IMG/VR virus record: IMGVR_UViG_3300019477_000097
Source of the DNA: a virus
Reading direction: 5' to 3' (one strand)
Length of the DNA: 59,863 bases
Part shown: positions 27,000 to 35,211 of the stretch, in pieces
Position numbering within the stretch: the stretch's first letter is position 1
How the letters are laid out: the number at the start of each line of letters is the position of its first letter
Notes under the pieces: generated by a model
Told to the model about the DNA's origin: nothing
Database searches by the model: none
Seen by the model: the letters and a program-made list of their open reading frames with translations, nothing else
Translations under genes and position numbers: made by a program

Positions 27000-29900
27000 A
27001 AAAATTGCAGTTGCTCCCAGACTCTAGTTCCTATAACGTCAAATTTGGCGAGGGTAATATCGCAACACGCCTTAGCGGCGGTGCTAGTCGTGTTCGTAAG
27101 GACACTGTGGACAACGTGCATTCTATCAATGTTGGTTTTAATCTTAACAAAGAACAATATCAATATATTATGGCGTTCTACCGCCATATCACCAAACGCG
27201 GTGCTTTACCTTTCTTGATGGATTTGATTACTGACGAGGGAAGTCCGCAAACTCACAAAGTCCAAATTGTCCCTAACACATTTCAACTATCAGAACAAGC
27301 AGGACACAGATACGGTATTAGCTTTACAGTAGAAGCTGAACCGCTTAGTGAACACGCGGAAAGCGATACTCAACTTATCGCTAATTACGAATCTGGAAAA
27401 CCGCTTCATACAGACCCTCAACAAGGTTGGGGTAACTTCTTCAAGCCTACTGAACTGGACGAAAATGCGTCAAACGTTCAAGATGGCATTTATCGTATCA
27501 ATGGTGATGTTGTTGTTAGTTTGCGTGACGCTAAAGGTCGTATTTATCAGACACGTTACACTAAACAAGGTATTGATGTACGCTTCTTTGATACAAAATG
27601 GTCAACTTGGCTGAACATTGGCGGCAAACGCCTATTCCGCACATTCACAACCGCATATAAACACAATACAGGCGAAGTCGTTAAACAATTCGATGGCGCA
27701 GGTATCAGCGGCAATTTGCCCAATGGCGAATATGACATTGTGGTTACTGAAGAATACGCGGACGGTAGCCAACAAGAAGTCGCGCGTACTCGTCAGGTTA
27801 TTAATATCACTTCAGGTACTTTAACCACAATACCGTCTAACTACGCTATCTTTCTGCAATGGAGCGTTCCCGCTAAATCTGGAGGTTATACTGAAATCTG
27901 GGTGTCCAATAATACGGAATTATCCAATGCCAAGTTGATTAACGTTGTCGACTGGCCTCTAGACAGTTATATGTACACTGGCGCAAGTCAACATGAAAAC
28001 TATTATTTCTGGGTTAGACCTATTGACAAACGCGGTATCGAGGGTGCGTTTACTGGTCCTGTAAAAGGGGAAGTAGCTACACCGTTTGAAGAAGATTTCC
28101 GTAACCAGCAAAACCAGCTTCAGGAATCACTTAACCAAGCTGACGCAAAAGCGGATAAAAAACTTCAACAGCTAGAAGCAGAACTTAAGGATATTGTCCG
28201 CAAGACAACAAACACCCTTAACAGTGATATCCTTACTCGCTTGGATAGTTTTGATAACAGGTTTAGAACAGAAGCACAACAGCGAACCGAAGCACTTCAA
28301 CGCGAAGCGGACGCTCGCACACGCGCAATCCAAACGGAACAATCCGCACGAGTCCAAGCGATTAAACAATCCTCGGACAAAGCTGCTGCGGACTTGTTGG
28401 CTAAAAGTAATCAGCTTGGAACACGCATTACAACTGTTGAAACATTCAACAACAACCAAACACAACAGATTAATACTTTAACCACAAATCTGGGTAACGC
28501 TAACGCCGCTATTGAACGCGAAAGCAAAACACGCGCGGATGCTATTTCAGCTGAAGCCCGCACCCGCGAAACTTTGGTAGCTAAGATTAATAATAACACC
28601 GCCGCTATTAACGAAGAGAAAAAGGTTCGAACTGAAAAAGATAGAAGTCAGGCAGAACAAACTACTCAACTTTCTTCACGCGTCGCTGGCGCAGAAGCGG
28701 ATATTACTTCGTTCCGCAGAACTTATTCAGACTTTCAATCCAGTCAAGCTACGCAGTTGACAGAACTGAAAGCTGAATTTTCCAATATCAATGTCGGCGG
28801 TCGCAACCTTATTCGCAAGAGTAATCCAAACACTAACGACAACCAATACCTACACGCATTCACTATTACAGAAGCTCCTAAGTTCGGGGAAGATGTGATT
28901 GTTACATTGTGGGGCGATTTGGGAACAGGTCGTGATACATTTGGCATATTCAATTCTCGTGGTTTTGGGGAATTAGCTCAACTGAAGAAGATTTCAGATG
29001 GCGTGTATCAGGCTAAGTTCAAGTGGGCGGACAATACTTATACAGGTGGCGATAAGTTATCAAATACCACTTTGAACGTTTATGCTTACCCAAACACATC
29101 AACATCAACCTTTAACATCAAAAAAATTAAGTTTGAGAAAGGAACTGTACCTACAGACTGGACGCCCGCTCCGGAAGATGTAGGTATTGAAGTTGATAAG
29201 ACTAAAGCAACTATCAACGAGTTTAAACAGACTCAAGCGACCAAAGACGAAGCAAGCGCAAGAAAACAAACGGAACTTACTTCTAAGGTTAACGGCTTAA
29301 CCACAAAAGTGGAAACCAATGCTTCCACAATAAACGGCGTATCTGCTGAGAAAACCGTATTTATTGATAACAACGGATACTTAACAGGTTACAAATTGTT
29401 ATCAGACCGCAATAGCGGTCAACCACGAGGCGAAATCTACTTCTCCGTAGATAAGTTCAAAGTCGGTAAACCCGGATACAATAACATTACACCCTTTACA
29501 ATTGACACCGCTAACCGTATAATCGCCATTGACGGTAGCCTTGTGGTTAACGGCGAGGCATTGATTCGCAAATTAAATGCGGGGGTTATTGACGCTGCTA
29601 AGATTAAAGCAGGTAGTATTGATTCCAGCCGCATTGCGGCTAACGCTATCACAGCTGATAAAATTGGAGCGGGTCAAATTACTGCTCAGAAGATTGCAAG
29701 TAAGGCGATTACTGCTGACCATATCGCAAGTAATTCGATATCTACTGATAAATTAATGAGCGGTTCTATTACTGCTGCAAAAATTGCCACAGGTTCTATC
29801 ACCGCTGACAAAATGCACATTGAGAATTTGTCCGCTTTAAGTAGTGATTTGGGTAACGTAAGGGCAGGGGACATTAATATTGGCGGCGGAGCGTTTACAG

Positions 29901-30361
29901 TTGACCGAAGTGGTAACTTATACGCCAGAAACGGTAGATTTGAAGGAACTGTTTACGCTGATAAAATTGAGGGCGATGTCCTGAAATTTTATCCGTTCAG
30001 TAAAGCTAACACTGGGCGTTACCGTTTAGTCTATACAAATACTAGCCAAAAAGATGTTTTATTGAGCCTACAAAACCTATCGTTTTTAACACCTAATTCA
30101 AAATCCAGCTACTGGGTAAAGATTAAAATTAACGGTCAACAAGTATATCGGCAAGAATTTTGGTCTATATTTAGTCATACTTCGGGCGGTAGACACGCTA
30201 TTGATATTTATAGAGGGATTTTTTATAATGTACCTTTTATCTATATTGTAAACGGGAATACAACAAGTGAAATTATAGTTGAAGTAGATCATCAAACTGA
30301 TCGTAATACATCCGCTGTAGATATCATATCTATTCCTTATATCTTAGCTGCAAAAATTTAA
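26996..30361 (+). CDS. Long tail fiber protein (1121 aa; GTG start overlapping the upstream stop)
   Basis: FN3-like segment, long coiled-coil region, about 8 tandem 11-aa I-x-A-D-K-I-type repeats (about 29581..29830), and a C-terminal receptor-binding-type domain. Confidence 0.7.
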   Translation: MKKLQLLPDSSSYNVKFGEGNIATRLSGGASRVRKDTVDNVHSINVGFNLNKEQYQYIMAFYRHITKRGALPFLMDLITDEGSPQTHKVQIVPNTFQLSEQAGHRYGISFTVEAEPLSEHAESDTQLIANYESGKPLHTDPQQGWGNFFKPTELDENASNVQDGIYRINGDVVVSLRDAKGRIYQTRYTKQGIDVRFFDTKWSTWLNIGGKRLFRTFTTAYKHNTGEVVKQFDGAGISGNLPNGEYDIVVTEEYADGSQQEVARTRQVINITSGTLTTIPSNYAIFLQWSVPAKSGGYTEIWVSNNTELSNAKLINVVDWPLDSYMYTGASQHENYYFWVRPIDKRGIEGAFTGPVKGEVATPFEEDFRNQQNQLQESLNQADAKADKKLQQLEAELKDIVRKTTNTLNSDILTRLDSFDNRFRTEAQQRTEALQREADARTRAIQTEQSARVQAIKQSSDKAAADLLAKSNQLGTRITTVETFNNNQTQQINTLTTNLGNANAAIERESKTRADAISAEARTRETLVAKINNNTAAINEEKKVRTEKDRSQAEQTTQLSSRVAGAEADITSFRRTYSDFQSSQATQLTELKAEFSNINVGGRNLIRKSNPNTNDNQYLHAFTITEAPKFGEDVIVTLWGDLGTGRDTFGIFNSRGFGELAQLKKISDGVYQAKFKWADNTYTGGDKLSNTTLNVYAYPNTSTSTFNIKKIKFEKGTVPTDWTPAPEDVGIEVDKTKATINEFKQTQATKDEASARKQTELTSKVNGLTTKVETNASTINGVSAEKTVFIDNNGYLTGYKLLSDRNSGQPRGEIYFSVDKFKVGKPGYNNITPFTIDTANRIIAIDGSLVVNGEALIRKLNAGVIDAAKIKAGSIDSSRIAANAITADKIGAGQITAQKIASKAITADHIASNSISTDKLMSGSITAAKIATGSITADKMHIENLSALSSDLGNVRAGDINIGGGAFTVDRSGNLYARNGRFEGTVYADKIEGDVLKFYPFSKANTGRYRLVYTNTSQKDVLLSLQNLSFLTPNSKSSYWVKIKINGQQVYRQEFWSIFSHTSGGRHAIDIYRGIFYNVPFIYIVNGNTTSEIIVEVDHQTDRNTSAVDIISIPYILAAKI

Positions 30362-30381
30362 TTCACAACAAGGAGACAATC

Positions 30382-30741
30382 ATGTCACAAAATCAAATTA
30401 TCGGCGTTTTGCACGAGCAAGTCGATCCTGAAACAGATGTAACCTGTAAATTCCACCGCGTTACATCCTACTATGTAAACAAAGAAAGCAACATTGTTCA
30501 AGCGACATTACGTTCTTACGTTTCTCAAAAATCTTATGAGAATGGCAAATCCCCTGTCGGCGCATTGGGTATTGAGGTTCAGATTAACGCTGCACCCGAA
30601 AGTCATGAAAGTGCCGAAGAGTTTATTTACAACCATTTAGCAGAAGCATTGAACCCTGTGACGGGCGAAGCGTCTATCCTGACGAATGCTCAACTGATTA
30701 CTAAAACAGTAGCATCTGGGGCGCAGGCATCAGAAGCTTAA
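30382..30741 (+). CDS. Hypothetical protein (119 aa)
   Basis: AAGGAG RBS. A stem-loop follows at 30748..30779. Confidence 0.6.
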   Translation: MSQNQIIGVLHEQVDPETDVTCKFHRVTSYYVNKESNIVQATLRSYVSQKSYENGKSPVGALGIEVQINAAPESHESAEEFIYNHLAEALNPVTGEASILTNAQLITKTVASGAQASEA

Positions 30742-30747
30742 TAATTA

Positions 30748-30779
30748 GAAAGCAGTCTATGGAAACATAGGCTGCTTTC
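30748..30779 (+). terminator. Stem-loop (14 bp with one mismatch, GAAA loop); weak terminator
   Basis: gaaagcagtctatg / cataggctgctttc. The T tail is poor. Confidence 0.45.
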
Positions 30780-30800
30780 ATAAGTTTATGAAATGGATAA

Positions 30801-33800
30801 ATGATGGATCTGATTACTAAAGTTGAGGATTATAGCTTCTATAATCGAGAAGACAAAGCCCTCGTCATGCAACATCAGAACGATGTTGTGGTTATTAATT
30901 CCGTATCTGACATTCCAAAAGGCGTTCGTGAGAACTTGAACGACATTCTGGAAGGTAAAGGTGTAACCACAGGTAAGGATTACACTTCCAACAGTACGTT
31001 CGAGCTTTTGCTTGAGATTAAACGTGCGGCGGAAGAGGGCGACTTCATTCGCCTGCAAGAGAAAGAGTACGTTCTCGAGTCTCAAATCAAGATTACAAAA
31101 GCCAACAATAGCCGGATTAAAGGTATCAAAGGTGTTGGTAAAGGTAAGTCTATTTTGAAGTTTAATTGGGCGCAAGAATACGACTGGGATAGCAATACTA
31201 ACAAAACGGACAGCCGTCTGTCTTGTGGTATTCTCGCTCATAAAGTTGAGGATAAAGTCTTTGAGGACTTTACAATCAAATACGAGGGCGAATTCTACCG
31301 TCCGGATGATGTTTACTTCGGTCAAATTTCGTGCCTTGCTCTTATGGATACTAAGCGTTGCCGTGTTGAACGTGTTGAAGCTTGCGGCGGCAATCGTGCA
31401 GGTATCTTTGTCGGTGCAATTAGCCCTGAAACTTTGCAAGAAAACTTCGATTTCTACAGTGGTAGAATTAAACTTGACGACCTTAAATATCGCGGCGAAG
31501 CCAATGTGGTTATTGATTGCCATACTCACCACAACCGCAGCGCAGGCGTTCTTGTTCAAAATCAAAAAGGTAATATTGTTCGCAACTGTTTGTGCGAATT
31601 TAACGGCCACGAAGCCAGCGGCGGCACAGGTTACGGCATCACCGCTTTCAGCGGTTCAGTTAACGCGTCAGTAACATGGACAGGTAATACAACCCGTTCT
31701 AACTACCGTAAAGGTTTAGACACTCACGACGCTTGCGACGCTGAGATTAGCGACAACACATCTGATGGTGACCGCTTCTTTGGTGTGGCTATCGAGGGTC
31801 GTGGTTATCCTCAACGTAACATCCGCATTCTACGTAACCGCCTTATCAATAACCCGAACTTCATCCTTGAGCGCGACGTCACCCACAAACCGTGGACAAC
31901 GTTTGCCAGCCCGGACAACCCTTACCGCAACTTCGACTATTATCAATGGACAGGTGTGCGTGTGGAAAACAAACCGCAGTCCAACCAAACATGGAAAAAC
32001 CAACCTGACGTTGATATCCTGATTGAGGGTAACACTGTTGAGGGTGTGGATTGGACTGGACGTAAGGGACACCGTGTGTTCGAGTGGCGCAATAACGAGG
32101 GCGCGAAACACGTTAAGACCAACGTTGTTATCAAAAATAACACGGTTTCTGGTAAACGCATTCACCACATTTTCTTTGCGTCCGCAAACGATGTTGCCCA
32201 CATTGGTCTTGGTAAAATTGAGTTCGCCCACAATACCGTCAACTATGAAGAGGGCATGGACACGCCTATTTTCTTGCAAGAGAAAAACGGTTCGGCTGTT
32301 ATTCCAAATGATATGCCTATCCATATTCACCACAATGTCATCAAGGCAGGCAAGAACGTTTCTTGGTCGCAATTCCTTTATATCCAGTGCGCTCGCCATC
32401 CTCTCATTACTGTTGAAGATAACGAGGTACACTGGAAAACGGATGGCGTTCGTCGTGTTGTCGCATTTGAAATGGAAGAATCTGGCAGCGTTCACCTTAA
32501 CCTGATGAACAACAAGTTCGTTTGTGACCGTCCAAAAGAAGAGTTCATGCGACAGTTCTTGTTGAACAGCAAAATGCCGCTGAACCGCGCATTTGTATCT
32601 GGAAACACTTACAACGGCGAAGCGATTACCGTTGCAGGCACGGCAACAGAGAAGTTCACATTTGAATCCACTGTGGTTAAAGTTGTCACCTTTGAGGATA
32701 CTTACGTTAAACCTACATTCAACGGGGCTGTGCCCACACCGATTGATGAACTCGATTGGGCGAATGCTACGGTTGAAGAAATTCCAATCAAAGGTAAGAC
32801 TACTAAAGTTACAAAAGCAGGTTCTTACCCACCGCGTGGATATGAGGGCTTGGTTGATGTTGCTAACAAATACATCCGCGCGCGACTTCGTGATGAAGAT
32901 GCTTCTGCTGGTGTCTACGGTTTAATGCCTGTTACGAAATCCGCAAAAGCCAGTCTCATGATGGAAATTACCATTAAGAGTCTCGGCGGTCGTCCGACAG
33001 GAACTTCGTTTGTTGGTTTTGCCATTAAACAAGGCGAAAACTTAGTAGGTGCTGCGGGTGGATTTGGTATTCTGCGTGGTGGACGAGACGACCTGTTTGT
33101 AATGAAACGTCAAGACCGTATGTACGTTAACGGCGTTCCTTACACTGGACAAGAGTTAAAGATGAATACCAAGTACGTCATCACTATGACTCATCTGTCC
33201 GACATTGAACTTGTTACTTTGGGTTCTATTTGGAATGGTAACGGTCAAGTTAGTGCGGACATCTACAACGTCATGTACTACAACAAAGAACTGACAGCTG
33301 CTGAAGTTGGTAACGCTTACTTAGCCTTAAAAGGCGAGGCAGTCGCGCCCGCCGCCAGTGGGGAGCAAGCCAGCCCACCAGCAAGCCCACCAGCAAGCCC
33401 ACCAGCGGCGAGCGGGCAGCCAGCCAGCCCACCACCTACACCAGCGCAACCGCCCGCCAGTAACGAGCCAGCCGCGCCCGCCAGCCCTGCACCTGCTGCA
33501 CCGCAGCCCGCGCCCGCTACACCGAAAAAACTTGTTACGTTTAATATCCGTGACAACGTTGCTATCGGCGCGAAATCCGTTACAAATGCGGATGGCGTTA
33601 AGGTAACAGTGGAACCGTCCATGAACAATAATACCGTTGGTCCGAACTTTAACGGTATGGTTCAAGAGGACGGTGACCACAGGGTTCTGGTTAACAACCT
33701 GAAAGACCGTGAAACTAAGTATCTTGGTACTTATATCGACTTTGAAAATCTTCCATTTGCCGCAGGTGATGAAGTTACTTTAGTCGCACCGGTCAAGTTC

Positions 33801-34142
33801 ACAGGTATGGGTAATCGTAAGGTCGCCAGTGCCGTTGTAGCTTTTGCTGATGGTGACGGTCCAGATTTGATTTACGATGAACGTACAACACCTTACACTA
33901 TCAAAGGTGGTGCGGGTAAAATCAACGGAACTGTTACTTCTCCAGCCTTAACCGTTGAACGTGATAAATGGTATCTGTTGGAATTTAAAGTAACTTGGAC
34001 AGCAGGTATGAAAATTCGTATCGGCGCACCGTATAGCGGTAACGGATGTGTGGAAATGAAAGTTGGTGAAGGATTCTACATCACCGCAGGCGAAGTTACT
34101 GGAAAAACAGAACTTGCTGCAAAATACGGAATTACTCTGTAA
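30801..34142 (+). CDS. Tailspike / depolymerase-like protein (beta-helix, LamG-like lectin domain, Pro-rich linker, extra C-terminal domain)
   Basis: The Asn/Gly/His-rich repetitive central region is typical of right-handed beta-helix proteins. The LamG-like signature is ADIYNVMYYNKELTAAEV. The linker is PASPPASPPASPPAASGQPASPPPTPAQPPA. Confidence 0.65.
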   Translation: MMDLITKVEDYSFYNREDKALVMQHQNDVVVINSVSDIPKGVRENLNDILEGKGVTTGKDYTSNSTFELLLEIKRAAEEGDFIRLQEKEYVLESQIKITKANNSRIKGIKGVGKGKSILKFNWAQEYDWDSNTNKTDSRLSCGILAHKVEDKVFEDFTIKYEGEFYRPDDVYFGQISCLALMDTKRCRVERVEACGGNRAGIFVGAISPETLQENFDFYSGRIKLDDLKYRGEANVVIDCHTHHNRSAGVLVQNQKGNIVRNCLCEFNGHEASGGTGYGITAFSGSVNASVTWTGNTTRSNYRKGLDTHDACDAEISDNTSDGDRFFGVAIEGRGYPQRNIRILRNRLINNPNFILERDVTHKPWTTFASPDNPYRNFDYYQWTGVRVENKPQSNQTWKNQPDVDILIEGNTVEGVDWTGRKGHRVFEWRNNEGAKHVKTNVVIKNNTVSGKRIHHIFFASANDVAHIGLGKIEFAHNTVNYEEGMDTPIFLQEKNGSAVIPNDMPIHIHHNVIKAGKNVSWSQFLYIQCARHPLITVEDNEVHWKTDGVRRVVAFEMEESGSVHLNLMNNKFVCDRPKEEFMRQFLLNSKMPLNRAFVSGNTYNGEAITVAGTATEKFTFESTVVKVVTFEDTYVKPTFNGAVPTPIDELDWANATVEEIPIKGKTTKVTKAGSYPPRGYEGLVDVANKYIRARLRDEDASAGVYGLMPVTKSAKASLMMEITIKSLGGRPTGTSFVGFAIKQGENLVGAAGGFGILRGGRDDLFVMKRQDRMYVNGVPYTGQELKMNTKYVITMTHLSDIELVTLGSIWNGNGQVSADIYNVMYYNKELTAAEVGNAYLALKGEAVAPAASGEQASPPASPPASPPAASGQPASPPPTPAQPPASNEPAAPASPAPAAPQPAPATPKKLVTFNIRDNVAIGAKSVTNADGVKVTVEPSMNNNTVGPNFNGMVQEDGDHRVLVNNLKDRETKYLGTYIDFENLPFAAGDEVTLVAPVKFTGMGNRKVASAVVAFADGDGPDLIYDERTTPYTIKGGAGKINGTVTSPALTVERDKWYLLEFKVTWTAGMKIRIGAPYSGNGCVEMKVGEGFYITAGEVTGKTELAAKYGITL
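33372..33407. repeat. Three tandem 12-bp units (AGCCCACCAGCA) encoding (PASP)n
   Basis: Units start at 33372, 33384 and 33396. Each contains CCACCAGC, the complement of the E. coli Chi octamer. Confidence 0.85.
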
Positions 34143-34146
34143 AAAT

Positions 34147-34171
34147 AAAAGGGCGCGTTATGCGCCCTTTT
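34147..34171. terminator. Bidirectional rho-independent terminator at the convergence of the two transcription blocks
   Basis: aaaagggcgc / gcgccctttt gives a 10-bp stem with a 5-nt loop. It is flanked by an A run on one side and a T run on the other. Confidence 0.85.
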
Positions 34172-34172
34172 A

Positions 34173-34361
34173 TTATGCAAACCGGAAAGGAACACCCATA
34201 TTAGAGGCTAACTCAATCGCTTCGGGAATTGTGCAGATTTCCACTTTAGTTAAACCTTTCTGGTCATTTTCGAGATAAACTTCAATGTCGTTACCGCCAG
34301 TGTAAATTGAGACATAAACCTGTTTAGGGTCGGTTAAATCATATTTTTGAACAGAATACAT
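34173..34361 (-). CDS. Hypothetical protein (62 aa)
   Basis: ORF-track ORF and last gene of the leftward block. It ends at the bidirectional terminator. Confidence 0.5.
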   Translation of the reverse strand: MYSVQKYDLTDPKQVYVSIYTGGNDIEVYLENDQKGLTKVEICTIPEAIELASNMGVPFRFA

Positions 34362-34439
34362 TTTATTTTCCTAAGTTAAAAATTATCAACAATAAAAGGA
34401 ACAATAATAACAGTCCACCTGGACTAGTGAAATCACACA

Positions 34440-34607
34440 TTATTTACATTCCTTGTCGAAAGTACCCAAATAGTCTGGGTGCAAACCTGCTTTGACGTCT
34501 TTGCAATAGCGAGCTTGGCTGTCCAATTCGTCATCGTACGAGCAAGATGACATAATTAAAAACAAACCTAACGCAAAAACAGCAATAATATATTTAAAGA
34601 CCTGCAT
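34440..34607 (-). CDS. Small secreted/lipoprotein-like protein (55 aa); not in the ORF track
   Basis: GGAG 6 nt before the ATG at 34607. Translation: MQVFKYIIAVFALGLFLIMSSCSYDDELDSQARYCKDVKAGLHPDYLGTFDKECK*. It has a signal peptide with a lipobox-like MSSC. Confidence 0.55.
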   Translation of the reverse strand: MQVFKYIIAVFALGLFLIMSSCSYDDELDSQARYCKDVKAGLHPDYLGTFDKECK

Positions 34608-34654
34608 TTGTAGCTCCGTGCCGCGCGTATGCTTGGCGTTTGTGGTTAAAGTAA

Positions 34655-34677
34655 GGGTAAGTATAGGGCGAGTGGCT
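34655..34677 (-). promoter_or_regulatory. Repeated promoter-like box AGCCACT-N-GCCCTATACTTACCC (minus strand)
   Basis: The reverse complement reads agccactcgccctatacttaccc, about 50 nt upstream of the 34607 start. A near-identical box lies at 59689..59720 on the + strand. The -35 is poor, so this is not a standard sigma70 promoter. Confidence 0.35.
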
Positions 34678-34763
34678 AAGCGCGCTGTAACACGCCCTAT
34701 TGCTTATTTAATAAATGTAGTATAAAGTGGTTCTAAACGGACTACAAATACAATAACCTAACT

Positions 34764-34931
34764 TTACAAATCTGCATCCCTGTCTTTAAACCGTAACTCA
34801 ACCTGTCGTCTGATTCGCTTTTGCGTAACTTCTTTTTTTTCAGGTTTTCGGAACCCGCCAAGCAGAATAGCACGTTCTTCCTGTAAATTACGAATAAACT
34901 CACGTTGTCGTCTTCTAACCACATCTGACAT
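34764..34931 (-). CDS. Small highly basic protein (55 aa); not in the ORF track
   Basis: AAGGA 6 nt before the ATG at 34931. Translation: MSDVVRRRQREFIRNLQEERAILLGGFRKPEKKEVTQKRIRRQVELRFKDRDADL*. I prefer it to the overlapping 60-aa ORF 34742..34924, which lacks an RBS. Confidence 0.5.
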   Translation of the reverse strand: MSDVVRRRQREFIRNLQEERAILLGGFRKPEKKEVTQKRIRRQVELRFKDRDADL

Positions 34932-34944
34932 TTGTCATCCTTTC

Positions 34945-35211
34945 TTAATCAACTTCTAAACGTCTTATATCTGTTACACGCCAACCTTGTGTAAACTCTT
35001 CAAGAGTCTGGTTCAACGGCATCCAATATTTCTCTTTACAATTAGGGCATCTTGCGTGTAAACGACCATGATACACTTTACCATCAATAACCACATACGG
35101 CGCAGAGGAATCCAGCCTGTCAGTTTCAATTAACAAGTACGTTCCTTGTTCGTCGTTTAAAAGGCGGATAACGGTGTAAAGTTTGCCGTCATTTTTCGCT
35201 TCAATTTTCAT
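34945..35211 (-). CDS. Hypothetical protein (88 aa) with a CxxC pair (CPNC)
   Basis: GGAG RBS 7 nt before the ATG at 35211. It overlaps the polymerase stop. Confidence 0.6.
   Translation of the reverse strand: MKIEAKNDGKLYTVIRLLNDEQGTYLLIETDRLDSSAPYVVIDGKVYHGRLHARCPNCKEKYWMPLNQTLEEFTQGWRVTDIRRLEVD

Noticed and set aside
30786-31610. 274-aa antisense ORF opposite the tailspike gene; similar long antisense ORFs at 7631..8230, 12395..12850, 14451..15023, 16700..17155, 31830..32495 and 44954..45619
   Set aside because: Each is fully embedded antisense to a well-supported gene. None has an RBS or a recognisable motif, and their orientation breaks the otherwise strictly two-block transcription layout.
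34742-34924. 60-aa track ORF on the minus strand
   Set aside because: It has no RBS and an odd composition. The overlapping 55-codon frame 34764..34931 has an AAGGA RBS at 6 nt and starts right after the upstream stop, so I preferred that frame.
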